A stretch of DNA of 64,000 bases, from the IMG/VR virus record IMGVR_UViG_3300045988_119023, positions 32,471 through 96,470 of that record, one strand, 5' to 3'. The translations under genes were made by a program, and so were the position numbers. A model generated the notes under the pieces. That model saw nothing but the letters and a program-made list of their open reading frames with translations, made no database searches and had not been told where the DNA came from. This stretch comes from a virus. Position 1 is the stretch's first letter. Each line of letters opens with the position of its first letter. Below, piece by piece: positions 40,101-47,688 of the stretch.

Positions 40101-40537
40101 TCATGCAGGCCGTGTCTATGCTTCTTGCCGGATGGCGTGATGATGATGAAAACGAGGAAAGCTGGCTTACTCAATTCGGATCCTATGTAGGATTTAGAAC
40201 CATAAATGAAATAGCTTCACAGATGCCGTTTATTATGGAGCTTAATGTGGTGGATATCATTAATGACCCATTTGTCATGGGACGGAAACTGAAGGATCTC
40301 ACCGATCTCAGGAACTACTCACTTGATAAAGTAACATCTGGTACATATAAAGGTGAGTCTAAGTTATTTAGACAACTCGCTAAACAGACGTTTATCAAAC
40401 AATGGTATAACATTAAGACGCCGGAAGACGTAGCACGTGCCTATAACTGGTGGCAGCAGACGAACAACAAGTCAATGATGTTTTTCATCGGTGCCACTCC
40501 TGATTCAGAAGGAGACGATGATGTGAGCTACAAGTAG
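34121..40537 (+). CDS. Giant protein (2138 aa), candidate virion cargo or ejection protein. Contains a degenerate YDADGN motif.
   Basis: 6.4-kb ORF. No NTP-binding or other enzymatic motifs recognised. YDADGNE at about nt 38563-38583. Confidence 0.45.
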   Translation: MVSTCIIKRDNKKKVVSVSTRSGDRSMLFDKIASIPLMENRERATTVFKTVFSNKFLKAFGDWRRNVPINKQAYNKVKSNIGLIPETYRERVLDKASKMSNPILVSKSDAPYGIQESGFGFYSQDLGDNIMLVDAMVPSSISVPEEPGIDSGQYLQDAISSDFTPVSMVQDNDVNYMVIKDGLKIFSPEELPETDSNPVGVTYQTGEPRLFFMNDRNQLFEDYGEALRSGGNDIRIGFLSGTVQESAWDGVADITYKAGKYVLNNPKSFIPVMTASASTSLSTKGGIINYLIKKGLLSGSKIFDPETRSYYLTGEGHAGQIRLFNSALAYTELRNHFGSDVSMNDQGMITINSLDNSKVTMRLATGGTERVSKEQIKSDLKSGRYNELDAKYDHFDALVVSFILEDNDLYADTKAKIVSDYSQEERNQRNSIVEILKTLGVSVVGMTDYIEKYQTKYGHEPSAKALADIANNVIAVGEDATLSDLVEETAHFLVEAYRDQNAVESVLQDVEGTEEWNQYANQYYNTYGKVYEGTELDNVVRKEILGKILAREMQDRTAPIEPTSFLGRVRQLLSGIVNWLKSALSTQRQDLNNVIKNIRDLAITDIDKGFDTSLLKDNDFTLYSLSSMNKNKFLESKIRALRKTLRDLRQISSDRAVTTSMTLAQLKTIEDKINKVETEIDKNEMAAAMNSMISTAEAQVRYLSNVVNTILHGDTKDGKLHFNTNDRKNVDIINNQVLPIMNDLRGYIRNRSTEFDEREKQDYTNRINTVIADINGIQSDIKSVQDLDESTLLDKLMNELHVPADKVKKVKEFFDKVQHDVSWISRWFGILEHSSSPFNNALGAMIAKDNYNAMVNAQPAISDFLAYAKKHGFNKSEFEKLLQKVDGKTSNYLRSALDMAKYDRNKKLAQMRAFATAMNIEISEEEINDVVDNNRNYVFKREVVDKDGNTVTENAKFKPSSDRVNTDIFTIEQERIYTEQMEKWDAENSELEFSESYATRMESIYKKAEEELGYPVSQTTKEYLNALSRQKRILRQPFIDSNGNFDEVAYFKSSNYEEEGLLRKQRKEAASEYIYVGTRRVDKTGDQLKMAKEIQAINEVWRKESNNVTNAVSESFLERLRTIQRESGGEAALRTLMLGGHLAFNDQFWNDIESDQSARTESNNKASYLKMAHDIINSTTSDRDATDVEAIVKDIEKNRAIIKEIIGNNRDVADIGEINEATFTSSERDAFRAASEAIETDYAILIDYAKMVGLEDIDKYLTKSSKAENEVNQSYLNALADSKEVEWKFVQRHTTAKKAKRIQALRDKLFKAADNRYLFTVSETNYLSEKLGISKELDGRDFRNAVNTKMASLFLNNTRESGIEEANAIVNEFARSQVFSYYKRMAPTGYAAMLGKIGRGEIDVAQMVKDIQNGTSTQDYGMNISYLSFDPARAWVAESEAENSGRNPDYVKDHGYGYRMPKKSLYRDESYFNDFGIRYDADGNEIATKNVEQWNMIQKLKEIKRQSLSLYKEQSPNLYAIPQISKQDIERMEGLGINFKNTVRNFVSDLCLDRVDDSLYGKTRQGEVYDPEDRIRSIPKYYIYELENQDDVSYDFGYSYSMLMMQSSLYNEKQKSIELAQGLEQMLLNKQFEGGKKAEATQAYQMFRDFFNDHYYGIRMNTKKLTVNIGGYTIDLTRIMMAVERFMSVMNLALSPFVAATGALTGHINLIMESAVGQYISKDSLKYASAEFSRLAPSCIAETGDIDRKSKLYVIGERMGIFNIRNRMYGAGYNRVARTLMRSPMYAFMEIMNYPLDPQVMIATMDNVRYYKGRFYTFQDFKMEKERGKEQSTIKREWDALKDRTLWSMVDVVDGKVVVKPGSGVTVEEVETQMAITRNQVRSLSQICNGSLNEENRTAASRNWIARFMTAHRGWLVLAAQRLWKRRGFNFQTMQEEEGLSITLKNMIAKTFSLASEPGMKNIIDAWNENKDKMGEVEKTNLKRLSVYAGTFLIMQAVSMLLAGWRDDDENEESWLTQFGSYVGFRTINEIASQMPFIMELNVVDIINDPFVMGRKLKDLTDLRNYSLDKVTSGTYKGESKLFRQLAKQTFIKQWYNIKTPEDVARAYNWWQQTNNKSMMFFIGATPDSEGDDDVSYK

Positions 40538-40675
40538 ACGAAGAATATTGGGCTTATATTACTACAATATGGCTCTAATATGCTATCTTAGCATTGTCAA
40601 AGAGTAGACTATACGTTTTTTTGTTCTTACTTTAAAGGTTATGTAGGTTTAATTTTTTCTGAAATTGTTTTCTTA

Positions 40676-40720
40676 CCAGTTCTCAGTCAGCGATGATAGA
40701 GAACTGGTTTCTTTTGTTAT
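40676..40720 (+). terminator. Rho-independent terminator.
   Basis: 10-bp perfect stem ACCAGTTCTC/GAGAACTGGT with a 15-nt loop, followed by TTCTTTTGTT. Confidence 0.55.
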
Positions 40721-40751
40721 GAAAAAAAAATGCTATCTTGCAAAAAAAATA

Positions 40752-40778
40752 AGGTGATTATATACAACTTTACACCAT
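40752..40778 (+). repeat. 27-bp exact direct repeat AGGTGATTATATACAACTTTACACCAT, copy 1. Copy 2 is at 63885..63911.
   Basis: Identical 27-mers in the same orientation, 23 kb apart, bracketing the - strand replication block. Copy 1 lies 74 nt upstream of the + strand gene at 40852. Confidence 0.7.
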
Positions 40779-40851
40779 ATTTTATAGATACTATACATAT
40801 AATAAAGACAATAAGTGATTTTGTTGCACCTGATACTTACTTAAAAGGAAT

Positions 40852-41586
40852 ATGAGAAGAAGATTTGAAACATCATTAAAAATATATGAATATCAAATAG
40901 TTAACAACTGTATAGGGGGAGGGGTAATCATTGATGATGAAATAGTTGGAACCGTTCCACAAAGTGGTGTATTTACCTTTCTTTCTATAAAACAACGTCT
41001 GGGTTCTATAAGTATCCAAGGAGGAGTCCCATCTAATACAAAAGAGACTATCAGCGAACAAACAGAATCTACGAAAGAGCTTGTAGAGAAGGATGACATT
41101 AAACTTATTATAGGTAGAGTAGAATCTCCTTCTTTAGGTTTTTTGATACGTCTTTATTTGCCTGACCAGTTTACAGTGAGAGAACAAGAAAAGAAATATG
41201 TAACATATCGTGAAATACTATATACTGCTCCTGGTAAAAAATACAATGTAAACAATGATAATCCTATTGTAATGAATTACACCAGTGAGCAACATGAGTA
41301 CCCAGATACGATAATAGGAGATCCTGTAGATAAGATCTACGAAACCGGCTCAGATACATCATGGAGTTGCGAACTTGTTGAAACTAATATTGAACCAGAG
41401 CCTTCTCCTACATCTTTTCAAAATTTGACCCTAACATCAATAGTCAGACCTATTATAACCAGGTTGGGTCAAGGCACTTTATATGCCACCTATTCCGCTC
41501 ATATAAAACTTGAATTATATTCTAAAGCGTATGGAAGTATAGGTGAATATGTGGTAACATCGGAGACAGTTACGTTCGACAATTAA
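40852..41586 (+). CDS. Hypothetical protein (244 aa).
   Basis: ORF, the last + strand gene before the strand switch. Confidence 0.45.
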   Translation: MRRRFETSLKIYEYQIVNNCIGGGVIIDDEIVGTVPQSGVFTFLSIKQRLGSISIQGGVPSNTKETISEQTESTKELVEKDDIKLIIGRVESPSLGFLIRLYLPDQFTVREQEKKYVTYREILYTAPGKKYNVNNDNPIVMNYTSEQHEYPDTIIGDPVDKIYETGSDTSWSCELVETNIEPEPSPTSFQNLTLTSIVRPIITRLGQGTLYATYSAHIKLELYSKAYGSIGEYVVTSETVTFDN

Positions 41587-41589
41587 AAC

Positions 41590-41632
41590 AATTCTGCATA
41601 TAGAATCTATACTATCATCTATATGCAGAATT
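41590..41632. terminator. Bidirectional terminator at the convergence of the + and - strand modules.
   Basis: 14-bp perfect inverted repeat AATTCTGCATATAG/CTATATGCAGAATT with a 15-nt loop, AT-rich on both sides. Confidence 0.6.
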
Positions 41633-41647
41633 GTATATATAACTGCC

Positions 41648-41812
41648 TTAATCATTTGGAATAACTCCCACTACTTCTTCTGTTGCAGCTTTTTGTTTAA
41701 CAAAATCTTCTGCCTCATCCCAAGAAGTAGCCCATATTTCACCGGCGTATTTTCGCCCGTTGATTTCAAATTCTGTCAAAAATTTCTTTTGTTTTTCTTC
41801 TTTTGTTTTCAT
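41648..41812 (-). CDS. Small hypothetical ORF (about 54 aa), not in the supplied track.
   Basis: Reverse-strand ATG..TAA ORF reading MKTKEEKQKKFLTEFEINGRKYAGEIWATSWDEAEDFVKQ... Confidence 0.3.
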   Translation of the reverse strand: MKTKEEKQKKFLTEFEINGRKYAGEIWATSWDEAEDFVKQKAATEEVVGVIPND

Positions 41813-41868
41813 AACTATAATTTTTAAAAGTGAATAATTAATTGAGATATATAATTATCTTAATTGAT

Positions 41869-42348
41869 TTATAAAAAATGTACCCTATCTGTGAAAACTA
41901 AACCAATACCTTCTATAATATATCCTACTACAGGAGCTTTGTCAAATTCCTCCTTCGTAGCCCAAGTAGCATTATCAGGCATCAGTTCCTTAAATGCGTC
42001 CGAAACATCACCTTGGCACCAGCAGTTATTTGATACAACAATGCCTTTCCCTTCGATATTGACATACATTTTTCTTCCACCACATCCAAGGCTATTCCAT
42101 CCTCTTGGCACGTTTTCCACCATAGGCTTAAGCACCCAGCTTTCACCGTCTATCCTAATCCATCCAGGATCGTCTTTGTGCTTGTCGTACATATTTTGCC
42201 AAAAAGAGCATTCGTAGCACCATCCCTTGTCTTCCATGATAGTTCTTATCTCACACCTTTCAAATCCATCTGCATCCATCGTGTGCGGAGAATGAGGCTG
42301 GTGAGGGGTGCCACATTTCGGACATACGAGTTTTAAATTCTTTTCCAT
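41869..42348 (-). CDS. Hypothetical protein with an N-terminal zinc ribbon.
   Basis: CPKCG ... C..C motifs. Confidence 0.45.
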   Translation of the reverse strand: MEKNLKLVCPKCGTPHQPHSPHTMDADGFERCEIRTIMEDKGWCYECSFWQNMYDKHKDDPGWIRIDGESWVLKPMVENVPRGWNSLGCGGRKMYVNIEGKGIVVSNNCWCQGDVSDAFKELMPDNATWATKEEFDKAPVVGYIIEGIGLVFTDRVHFL

Positions 42349-42349
42349 A

Positions 42350-42583
42350 TTATTTAATTTTTACGATCTTAATGGAATCTCCTATATTGTATTCCCCTTG
42401 GTGCCCAACGAATTTTATTAACCTATTACTGTGAGCTATTGAAACTCTTTCGTCTTCACCATAATATATTATACATCCACCACGTAAAGGTTTTAAATCG
42501 TATATAACCCATCCGTCATTAACTTGATTATCATATTTGCATGATGATAATACAAGTGTCATCAATAAAACAAAATATTTCAT
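42350..42583 (-). CDS. Small lipoprotein (77 aa).
   Basis: N-terminal MKYFVLLMTLVLSSCKYD has a signal peptide with an LSSC lipobox. Confidence 0.5.
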   Translation of the reverse strand: MKYFVLLMTLVLSSCKYDNQVNDGWVIYDLKPLRGGCIIYYGEDERVSIAHSNRLIKFVGHQGEYNIGDSIKIVKIK

Positions 42584-42590
42584 ATTATTT

Positions 42591-42782
42591 TCAACATAAA
42601 AATTTATAACCTGGTTTTACCGCTTCCGCTTCTTCTTTTGTATCAAACATTAAGGTAGTAACGGCTCCCATGCCATAACAATCGTAAGACACTTTCACCC
42701 ACCACCTGAAAATTCCCGATCCGTAATCATCATAATACGGCTCGGAAAGAACCTCTTCTACGTACCCATCTAAGTAATTCAT
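42591..42782 (-). CDS. Hypothetical small protein.
   Basis: ORF. Confidence 0.35.
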   Translation of the reverse strand: MNYLDGYVEEVLSEPYYDDYGSGIFRWWVKVSYDCYGMGAVTTLMFDTKEEAEAVKPGYKFLC

Positions 42783-43525
42783 GATCGTTCCTCCTTATTT
42801 TTAGATTCTGCTTCTTCGAGTATGCTAATTACTTTGTCAACAATATCTGAATCGGACATTTTCTCAATAAAAACATCCATCGCCTTAGTTATGTCATTGG
42901 CTTCTTTTTCTTCAAGAGCTATTTCTCCACCGGTAATAGCATCAGATAATGATGTAGATAAGTGTCTTATCTTATCAATGTTCATAAACGTAAATGGATT
43001 ACCACCTTGACCTCCACCCATTTCTTTCATGATCTGATATCCACCTGAGATAAGTCTGCCTGATGTCGTGGCCAAGGAGGATACGATAAGGGCCAGGACC
43101 GCCGCTTCCGTCCGCTCCTCAGACACACCCTTCGACCACACGGCTGCCCTTATAGCGCCAGCCAGGTTGTCTATGTATGGCATGAGGCAGTCTTCCATAA
43201 CTTGTGTTGTATCAGCTATAACCTCACTACGCTCTTTATTTATGTAGTAGATAGAAGCATTGTACCTCTTTATCTCTTTGTCCATATCATTTAAAAGACG
43301 CTTGATATTGTGCTTATACATAGGACTGGTTTTAATTACTTCCTTTAGCTTAAGAATGTAATTATAAGCCTGGTCGTTTACGAACAACGTCATGGTCTCA
43401 ACCGTTGAATGAAGCGTGTTAAGACTGTTAAGAATCTTATCGAAATTGTTTATCAAATAAGCTCTTCTGGCTTTTGCTGCGTAGTTAATGTTATTAAAAT
43501 TATTCATTTTATTCATTAGATTCAA
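42779..43525 (-). CDS. Hypothetical protein (248 aa).
   Basis: ORF. Confidence 0.45.
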   Translation of the reverse strand: MNLMNKMNNFNNINYAAKARRAYLINNFDKILNSLNTLHSTVETMTLFVNDQAYNYILKLKEVIKTSPMYKHNIKRLLNDMDKEIKRYNASIYYINKERSEVIADTTQVMEDCLMPYIDNLAGAIRAAVWSKGVSEERTEAAVLALIVSSLATTSGRLISGGYQIMKEMGGGQGGNPFTFMNIDKIRHLSTSLSDAITGGEIALEEKEANDITKAMDVFIEKMSDSDIVDKVISILEEAESKNKEERS

Positions 43526-43532
43526 CCTTATA

Positions 43533-44722
43533 TCACAAAATATTTATTCTAACCGGATTAAACACAAATCCACTATCGATTATCTTTCCAATGAAAGAAT
43601 CACCGACTACTTTTCTTGCTATTCCTATAGCTCCATTAATATCAGCATTAATTAGCTTTCCAACGGAACTTTGGAATAATCCACGTTTCTTTCTTTTCCC
43701 TAAATAGGATTCTTGTTTCTTTAGAGGTTCAAAAGCAAGATGGTCAATCTTTGATGTGTAAGATTCCTCATGAGTAATTACCTCTATCCCTAAAAGATTT
43801 GCTTTGTAAACAATCTTATCAATCAATTTAGAATGAGGAATAGAAACAAAATGTTGGTTATTCCTTTTACCGATATTTATCTCGTTTTTCCATTCTTTGT
43901 TTAATCCAATGATGATTGTTCCTATATTGTTAGATTTACAAAAGTCTACAATGTATCTACTGATTTTATGCAATTTGTCTTCTATCCAACAATTTCTAAA
44001 CAAAGTAATTCTTCTTATTCTATTTGAAGTTCCCTTATTACCAACAAAAGACATCAACTTAGCTTTCTTCTTATTGTACCACTGATTTACTGATTTCATA
44101 ACCCGTCCGTTTATAATGAAAGAATTAGTTTCTACATTACTAATACATGAACATAAATTATTCAATCCTAAATCAATCGAAAGAAAATTGTCTTTGTTTA
44201 AACCAAGATCAGTTTCCTTTCTTTCATAAACTACCTCTACTACATAACATGTAGTAGAGGGATTATTCTAACTTGTTTTAGTTCGTCTTTCTTTACATTT
44301 GTTTTGATAGGTTTGATTATATCTTTGACAAAATGAATATGATTATCATCTTTTACCCTGCAATCACAGTTGGTAAAAACAACCATGTTTTGTTTCTTAC
44401 CTTGTTTGTATGATGGAAGGTGAGGTCTATGATTTCCGTATTTAGAAGGATTCTTTTCAAAATCCTTCTTGAGTTTTATCCAGGATTTTATGTTTTTAAA
44501 TACCTGTTTAATCACCTGTTGGGATACATGATTAGGTAAATTCCTGAAATCGAATTGGTTTTCTTTGCAAAGTTTGTTTGATAAATCAAATTCCTTTAAA
44601 TAGTTACCTGAAAAGATTCCTTGACGGATATTGTAAAGAACATAATTATATAACAAGCCGGATTTGAAGCAAATATCCTCAAACCGGTTGTCTTTAACTA
44701 TATGCCTTTCAACTAATCTCAT
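43533..44722 (-). pseudogene. tnpB: TnpB-like (IS605 OrfB family) RuvC nuclease split by a -1 frameshift into an N-terminal 160-aa ORF and a C-terminal 210-aa ORF. The C-terminal part lacks the usual zinc-finger cysteines.
   Basis: N-terminal part has the TnpB-like pattern SQQVIKQVFKNIKSWIKLKKDF ... HRPHLPSYKQGKK. The -1 frame continues through YVVEVVYE ... IDLGLNNL (RuvC-I). C-terminal part has HEESYTSK (RuvC-II Glu) and NADINGAIGIARK (RuvC-III Asp). There are no CxxC pairs between RuvC-II and RuvC-III. Confidence 0.7.
44234..44260. repeat. Perfect 12-bp stem hairpin exactly at the TnpB frame junction.
   Basis: CCTCTACTACAT aac ATGTAGTAGAGG. It covers the stop codon of the N-terminal tnpB fragment. 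Confidence 0.6.
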
Positions 44723-45018
44723 TTGAATGATTTATATCGTAAATGTAATCGTTATTTGTAAAATAATCAAATTATTCAATCATCGCATTTAAATTTTAGA
44801 TTTTCAAGTTCGTGTATTTGCAACTTAAGAGACTTAATTAAATCCGTTCTCTGTTCCTCTACATATTTTAAAGCTTCTTCTTCACTTTTAAAAGCTTGAT
44901 ACCCCATCGTATAAGGAGTGAACCGGTCAGGGGTGTCGGCTAATAAAGTACCATCATAATCTTCTATTTTAGCTTTTACTTTTCTTATCTTACCATCTTG
45001 CAGACATGTGTCTGTAAT

Positions 45019-45297
45019 TCACACAAATGTATCATACATTTCTTCATATAATTCATACCATTCTGGTTTAGGAAATCTTAATGTAAATCTAATCTCGGTA
45101 TCTTTTTCTAAGACATTAATATCATACGCCTCCGGCCACAATTCTTTTATGCTGTCTTCATCTTCAGCATACGCCACCAATACAAATGAATTACTGGATT
45201 CTGCACTACACCAATATGGATATTTTATAGGCCATTTGACTGGACGGTAATCATTGTTACAGTCATCCTTTCTAATGTAAAATCTTGCTTTAATCAT
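45019..45297 (-). CDS. Hypothetical protein.
   Basis: ORF. Confidence 0.4.
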   Translation of the reverse strand: MIKARFYIRKDDCNNDYRPVKWPIKYPYWCSAESSNSFVLVAYAEDEDSIKELWPEAYDINVLEKDTEIRFTLRFPKPEWYELYEEMYDTFV

Positions 45298-45298
45298 G

Positions 45299-45607
45299 TT
45301 ATTCTACTTTTTTGATTTCGCTTAAATCGTCTTCATGCACCAAATAAGATCCTCTTCCCGGTCTTCCTTCTTTATTAACTTCCTGGATTGTAAATATAAC
45401 TGTTCCAGGACTCATGATTTGCACGCTCTTAAAAAAACCAACAAGAGGCTCTTTCGAACGTTTGTAAAAAACGCTCACTTTATCTCCCTTCTTTAACCCA
45501 TAAACAGAATCGAAATACTCTTTTTTGATTCTATCAATATTGTCTTTATGATTTCTTATAGCACGAAGCTCTTTTTCCCATAAATAATTTAGCTGTTCTT
45601 TTGTCAT
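45299..45607 (-). CDS. Hypothetical protein.
   Basis: ORF. Confidence 0.4.
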   Translation of the reverse strand: MTKEQLNYLWEKELRAIRNHKDNIDRIKKEYFDSVYGLKKGDKVSVFYKRSKEPLVGFFKSVQIMSPGTVIFTIQEVNKEGRPGRGSYLVHEDDLSEIKKVE

Positions 45608-46170
45608 TTCTTTTCCTCCTTGTTTAAAGGCATTAACCCTTTTCCGTGTTTGTCATACCACAGCATAGTTATAACATTCCATGCAGCCGCAGCTAAATGG
45701 TGCACGTTCGTCTCTTTATCCATTCTCTCTCCTTTCAGGTATGCCATTATATGTCTGGCAGCCGCAGCACGGTACCGTTCAAAGCCATTGTCAAGATTCT
45801 GCCAATTATTAGGCCCATATTTCTTAGCTCCGGCATGATAGACTTTTACAATGTCCTCAATCTCTTCCATCGGAAGCAAATCCCATCGTAGTTTGTCGTC
45901 AATGATGTCATTTTTCACTGATTTTATTGAAGTACTTTTTTCTGGATCTCCTACAAGAACAAGTTCCATAATATCTGTTTCTATAATAATTGTGTTTCCA
46001 TTGTAACAAACTTCAGCAAACTTGTCATTTTCTTTTATATTTGTTACTGCAACTACTATAGATCCTTTGTACATTATAGTACTTTTATCTATTTTATCAT
46101 CTTTCAATGTACGAAAAATAGATCCTTTTGGATAAAGGATGTTTTTAGTATTATTGTCCATCTTTTCCAT
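45604..46170 (-). CDS. dATP/dGTP pyrophosphohydrolase-like protein (DUF550 family).
   Basis: LRWDLLPMEEIEDIVKVYHAGAKKYGPNNWQNLDNGFERYRAAAARHIMAYLKGERMDKETNVHHLAAAAWNVITML matches the DUF550 pattern R.DL.P...GA.KYG..NW..G......A.RH....GE..D.E....HLAHAA. Confidence 0.6.
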   Translation of the reverse strand: MEKMDNNTKNILYPKGSIFRTLKDDKIDKSTIMYKGSIVVAVTNIKENDKFAEVCYNGNTIIIETDIMELVLVGDPEKSTSIKSVKNDIIDDKLRWDLLPMEEIEDIVKVYHAGAKKYGPNNWQNLDNGFERYRAAAARHIMAYLKGERMDKETNVHHLAAAAWNVITMLWYDKHGKGLMPLNKEEKK

Positions 46171-46219
46171 CGTTTTATCGTTGTTTTAATCAATTAGTAT
46201 AATAATATAGCCCATTATT

Positions 46220-46585
46220 TTATTCTTCGCCTATAAAGCGATCAAATTCTTCTCCGCTCATAACAATGCGGTTAATGATAATTATGCCGTTATTGCTATA
46301 ATTATCACTTTTAACTCCCATATCATCAAGCTCCTTCTTTAAGTCTTCAAATGTGGGACCTTTCTTGTCTTTAAAAAATAAAGTAGCATGCACAACCCTT
46401 CCGTTGTTTAGTTTTACTCTCACGGTATAGAGATATCCTTTTTCTTCTTCATCCTTTTTATTGATACCATCAAGGATGCTATTTATCATATCCTTGTCCT
46501 CACGTGATAGGTTGGATATGGCTATTCTGCCCTTTAATCTAAATATTTCGTTTTCGTTCATGACTTTCTGTTTTATTGTTTTCAA
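46220..46585 (-). CDS. Hypothetical protein.
   Basis: ORF. Confidence 0.4.
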   Translation of the reverse strand: MKTIKQKVMNENEIFRLKGRIAISNLSREDKDMINSILDGINKKDEEEKGYLYTVRVKLNNGRVVHATLFFKDKKGPTFEDLKKELDDMGVKSDNYSNNGIIIINRIVMSGEEFDRFIGEE

Positions 46586-46844
46586 AATATTGTCTTACGG
46601 CTTCTATGGCTTTATCATCATCAAAAGCTTCTTCAAACTCCGTGTAGAACCTATCTCGCTCCATGCAGAATGTGTTTTTCCCTTCCGGTATAGGACGGAA
46701 CACAACCATCCTCTCTTTGTCGTGATTGGTTCCTATTATGTTATTATCTAAGATAATAGAATACCTTCTTGAACTTTTGTTGATAACAACATCATGTTGA
46801 AGACCATACAATTTAAGTATTTCCCTTAATTCATTTGTTTCCAT
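46539..46844 (-). CDS. Hypothetical protein.
   Basis: ORF. Confidence 0.4.
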   Translation of the reverse strand: METNELREILKLYGLQHDVVINKSSRRYSIILDNNIIGTNHDKERMVVFRPIPEGKNTFCMERDRFYTEFEEAFDDDKAIEAVRQYFENNKTESHERKRNI

Positions 46845-47568
46845 TATTTGAAGATTTTATATTTTTAGAAGATACTGCTCCTGATCCCCACTTTTTCTTA
46901 TATATAGCCCCCATCATGTTTATTAAATCAGAAAAAGAAGATATGGTTCCCATTTCTATACAAAATGCAAGATTGGATTGAAGCATTTCAAGTTCTTTTA
47001 ACTGCTCTTGAGTTGCTCTGTTATCTAAAACATATTTATGTTTATTGAATACAATCCAGTTTAACTTATCAGCCATTTCTATATAATCAACATCTTCAAA
47101 TTTTGATACAGACCTTGAAAGAGTATTGTATTTATCCCCTATCTCTATTCTATCCAAAATAAGTTTATCATTTAACCATCCAGTAACTTCTGCATACAGC
47201 ATAGGATTTAATTCTATAGCGACTAATACCCATATGTAGGGATCACACATAACATTTCTGTTTGTTCCTCTTCCTGTAGTCTTATAGGCATTATACCACT
47301 TCATTACTTTTATCAAAGAGTTGTTTTCCACTATATCCATAAACTCTTTCAAGGTTTCACTTTTTATGTATTTCTGTTTTTTAAGAATATAAAATATCCT
47401 TTCTGCACTCTCCTTGTTCGAAAGAATATTTTCTATTCTCTTATCATTCCACCCCATCTCCACTCTTTTTCTTGTATATGCCTCTTGTAATCCAGTTAAT
47501 GACATAAAGGAAGTTTTAATGTCCTGTCTGATTACCACTCCATACAATAACCTGTCTTTAGAAATCAT
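46831..47568 (-). CDS. KilA-N domain protein, paralog of the gene at 3172..3924.
   Basis: NVMCDPYIWVLVAIELNPMLYAEVTGWLND aligns to KWFVNPYFFVMIALELDPEIYAKVILWLTD of the + strand copy. The C-terminal KKKWGSG also matches. Confidence 0.55.
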   Translation of the reverse strand: MISKDRLLYGVVIRQDIKTSFMSLTGLQEAYTRKRVEMGWNDKRIENILSNKESAERIFYILKKQKYIKSETLKEFMDIVENNSLIKVMKWYNAYKTTGRGTNRNVMCDPYIWVLVAIELNPMLYAEVTGWLNDKLILDRIEIGDKYNTLSRSVSKFEDVDYIEMADKLNWIVFNKHKYVLDNRATQEQLKELEMLQSNLAFCIEMGTISSFSDLINMMGAIYKKKWGSGAVSSKNIKSSNNGNK

Positions 47569-47589
47569 AACTTTTAAATTATTTAATAA

Positions 47590-47655
47590 AATACGCTTGT
47601 ATTAAAATTACACGACGTAAAAATATAGATTGTGTAACTTTAATACAAGCGTATT
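47590..47655. repeat. Large palindrome: 17-bp perfect inverted repeat AATACGCTTGTATTAAA/TTTAATACAAGCGTATT, extendable to about 29 bp, with an inner inverted repeat TTACAC/GTGTAA.
   Basis: Seen directly in sequence. Lies in the intergenic gap upstream of the KilA-N gene and downstream of the 47689..48045 gene on the - strand. Confidence 0.7.
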
Positions 47656-47688
47656 GTGTTAAATTTTACTTATAGTGTTTTTATAGAC

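Noticed and set aside
44166-44260. Programmed -1 ribosomal frameshift as the explanation for the split tnpB.
   Set aside because: No canonical X_XXY_YYZ slippery heptamer exists in the 25-nt frame overlap, and IS605 TnpB is not known to use PRF. Kept only as a possibility because of the hairpin on the stop codon.
45001-45014. CAGACATGTGTCTG palindrome at the stop of ORF 45019-45297.
   Set aside because: It has only 6-bp arms with a 2-nt spacer. That is too short to be significant in 64 kb of AT-rich DNA.
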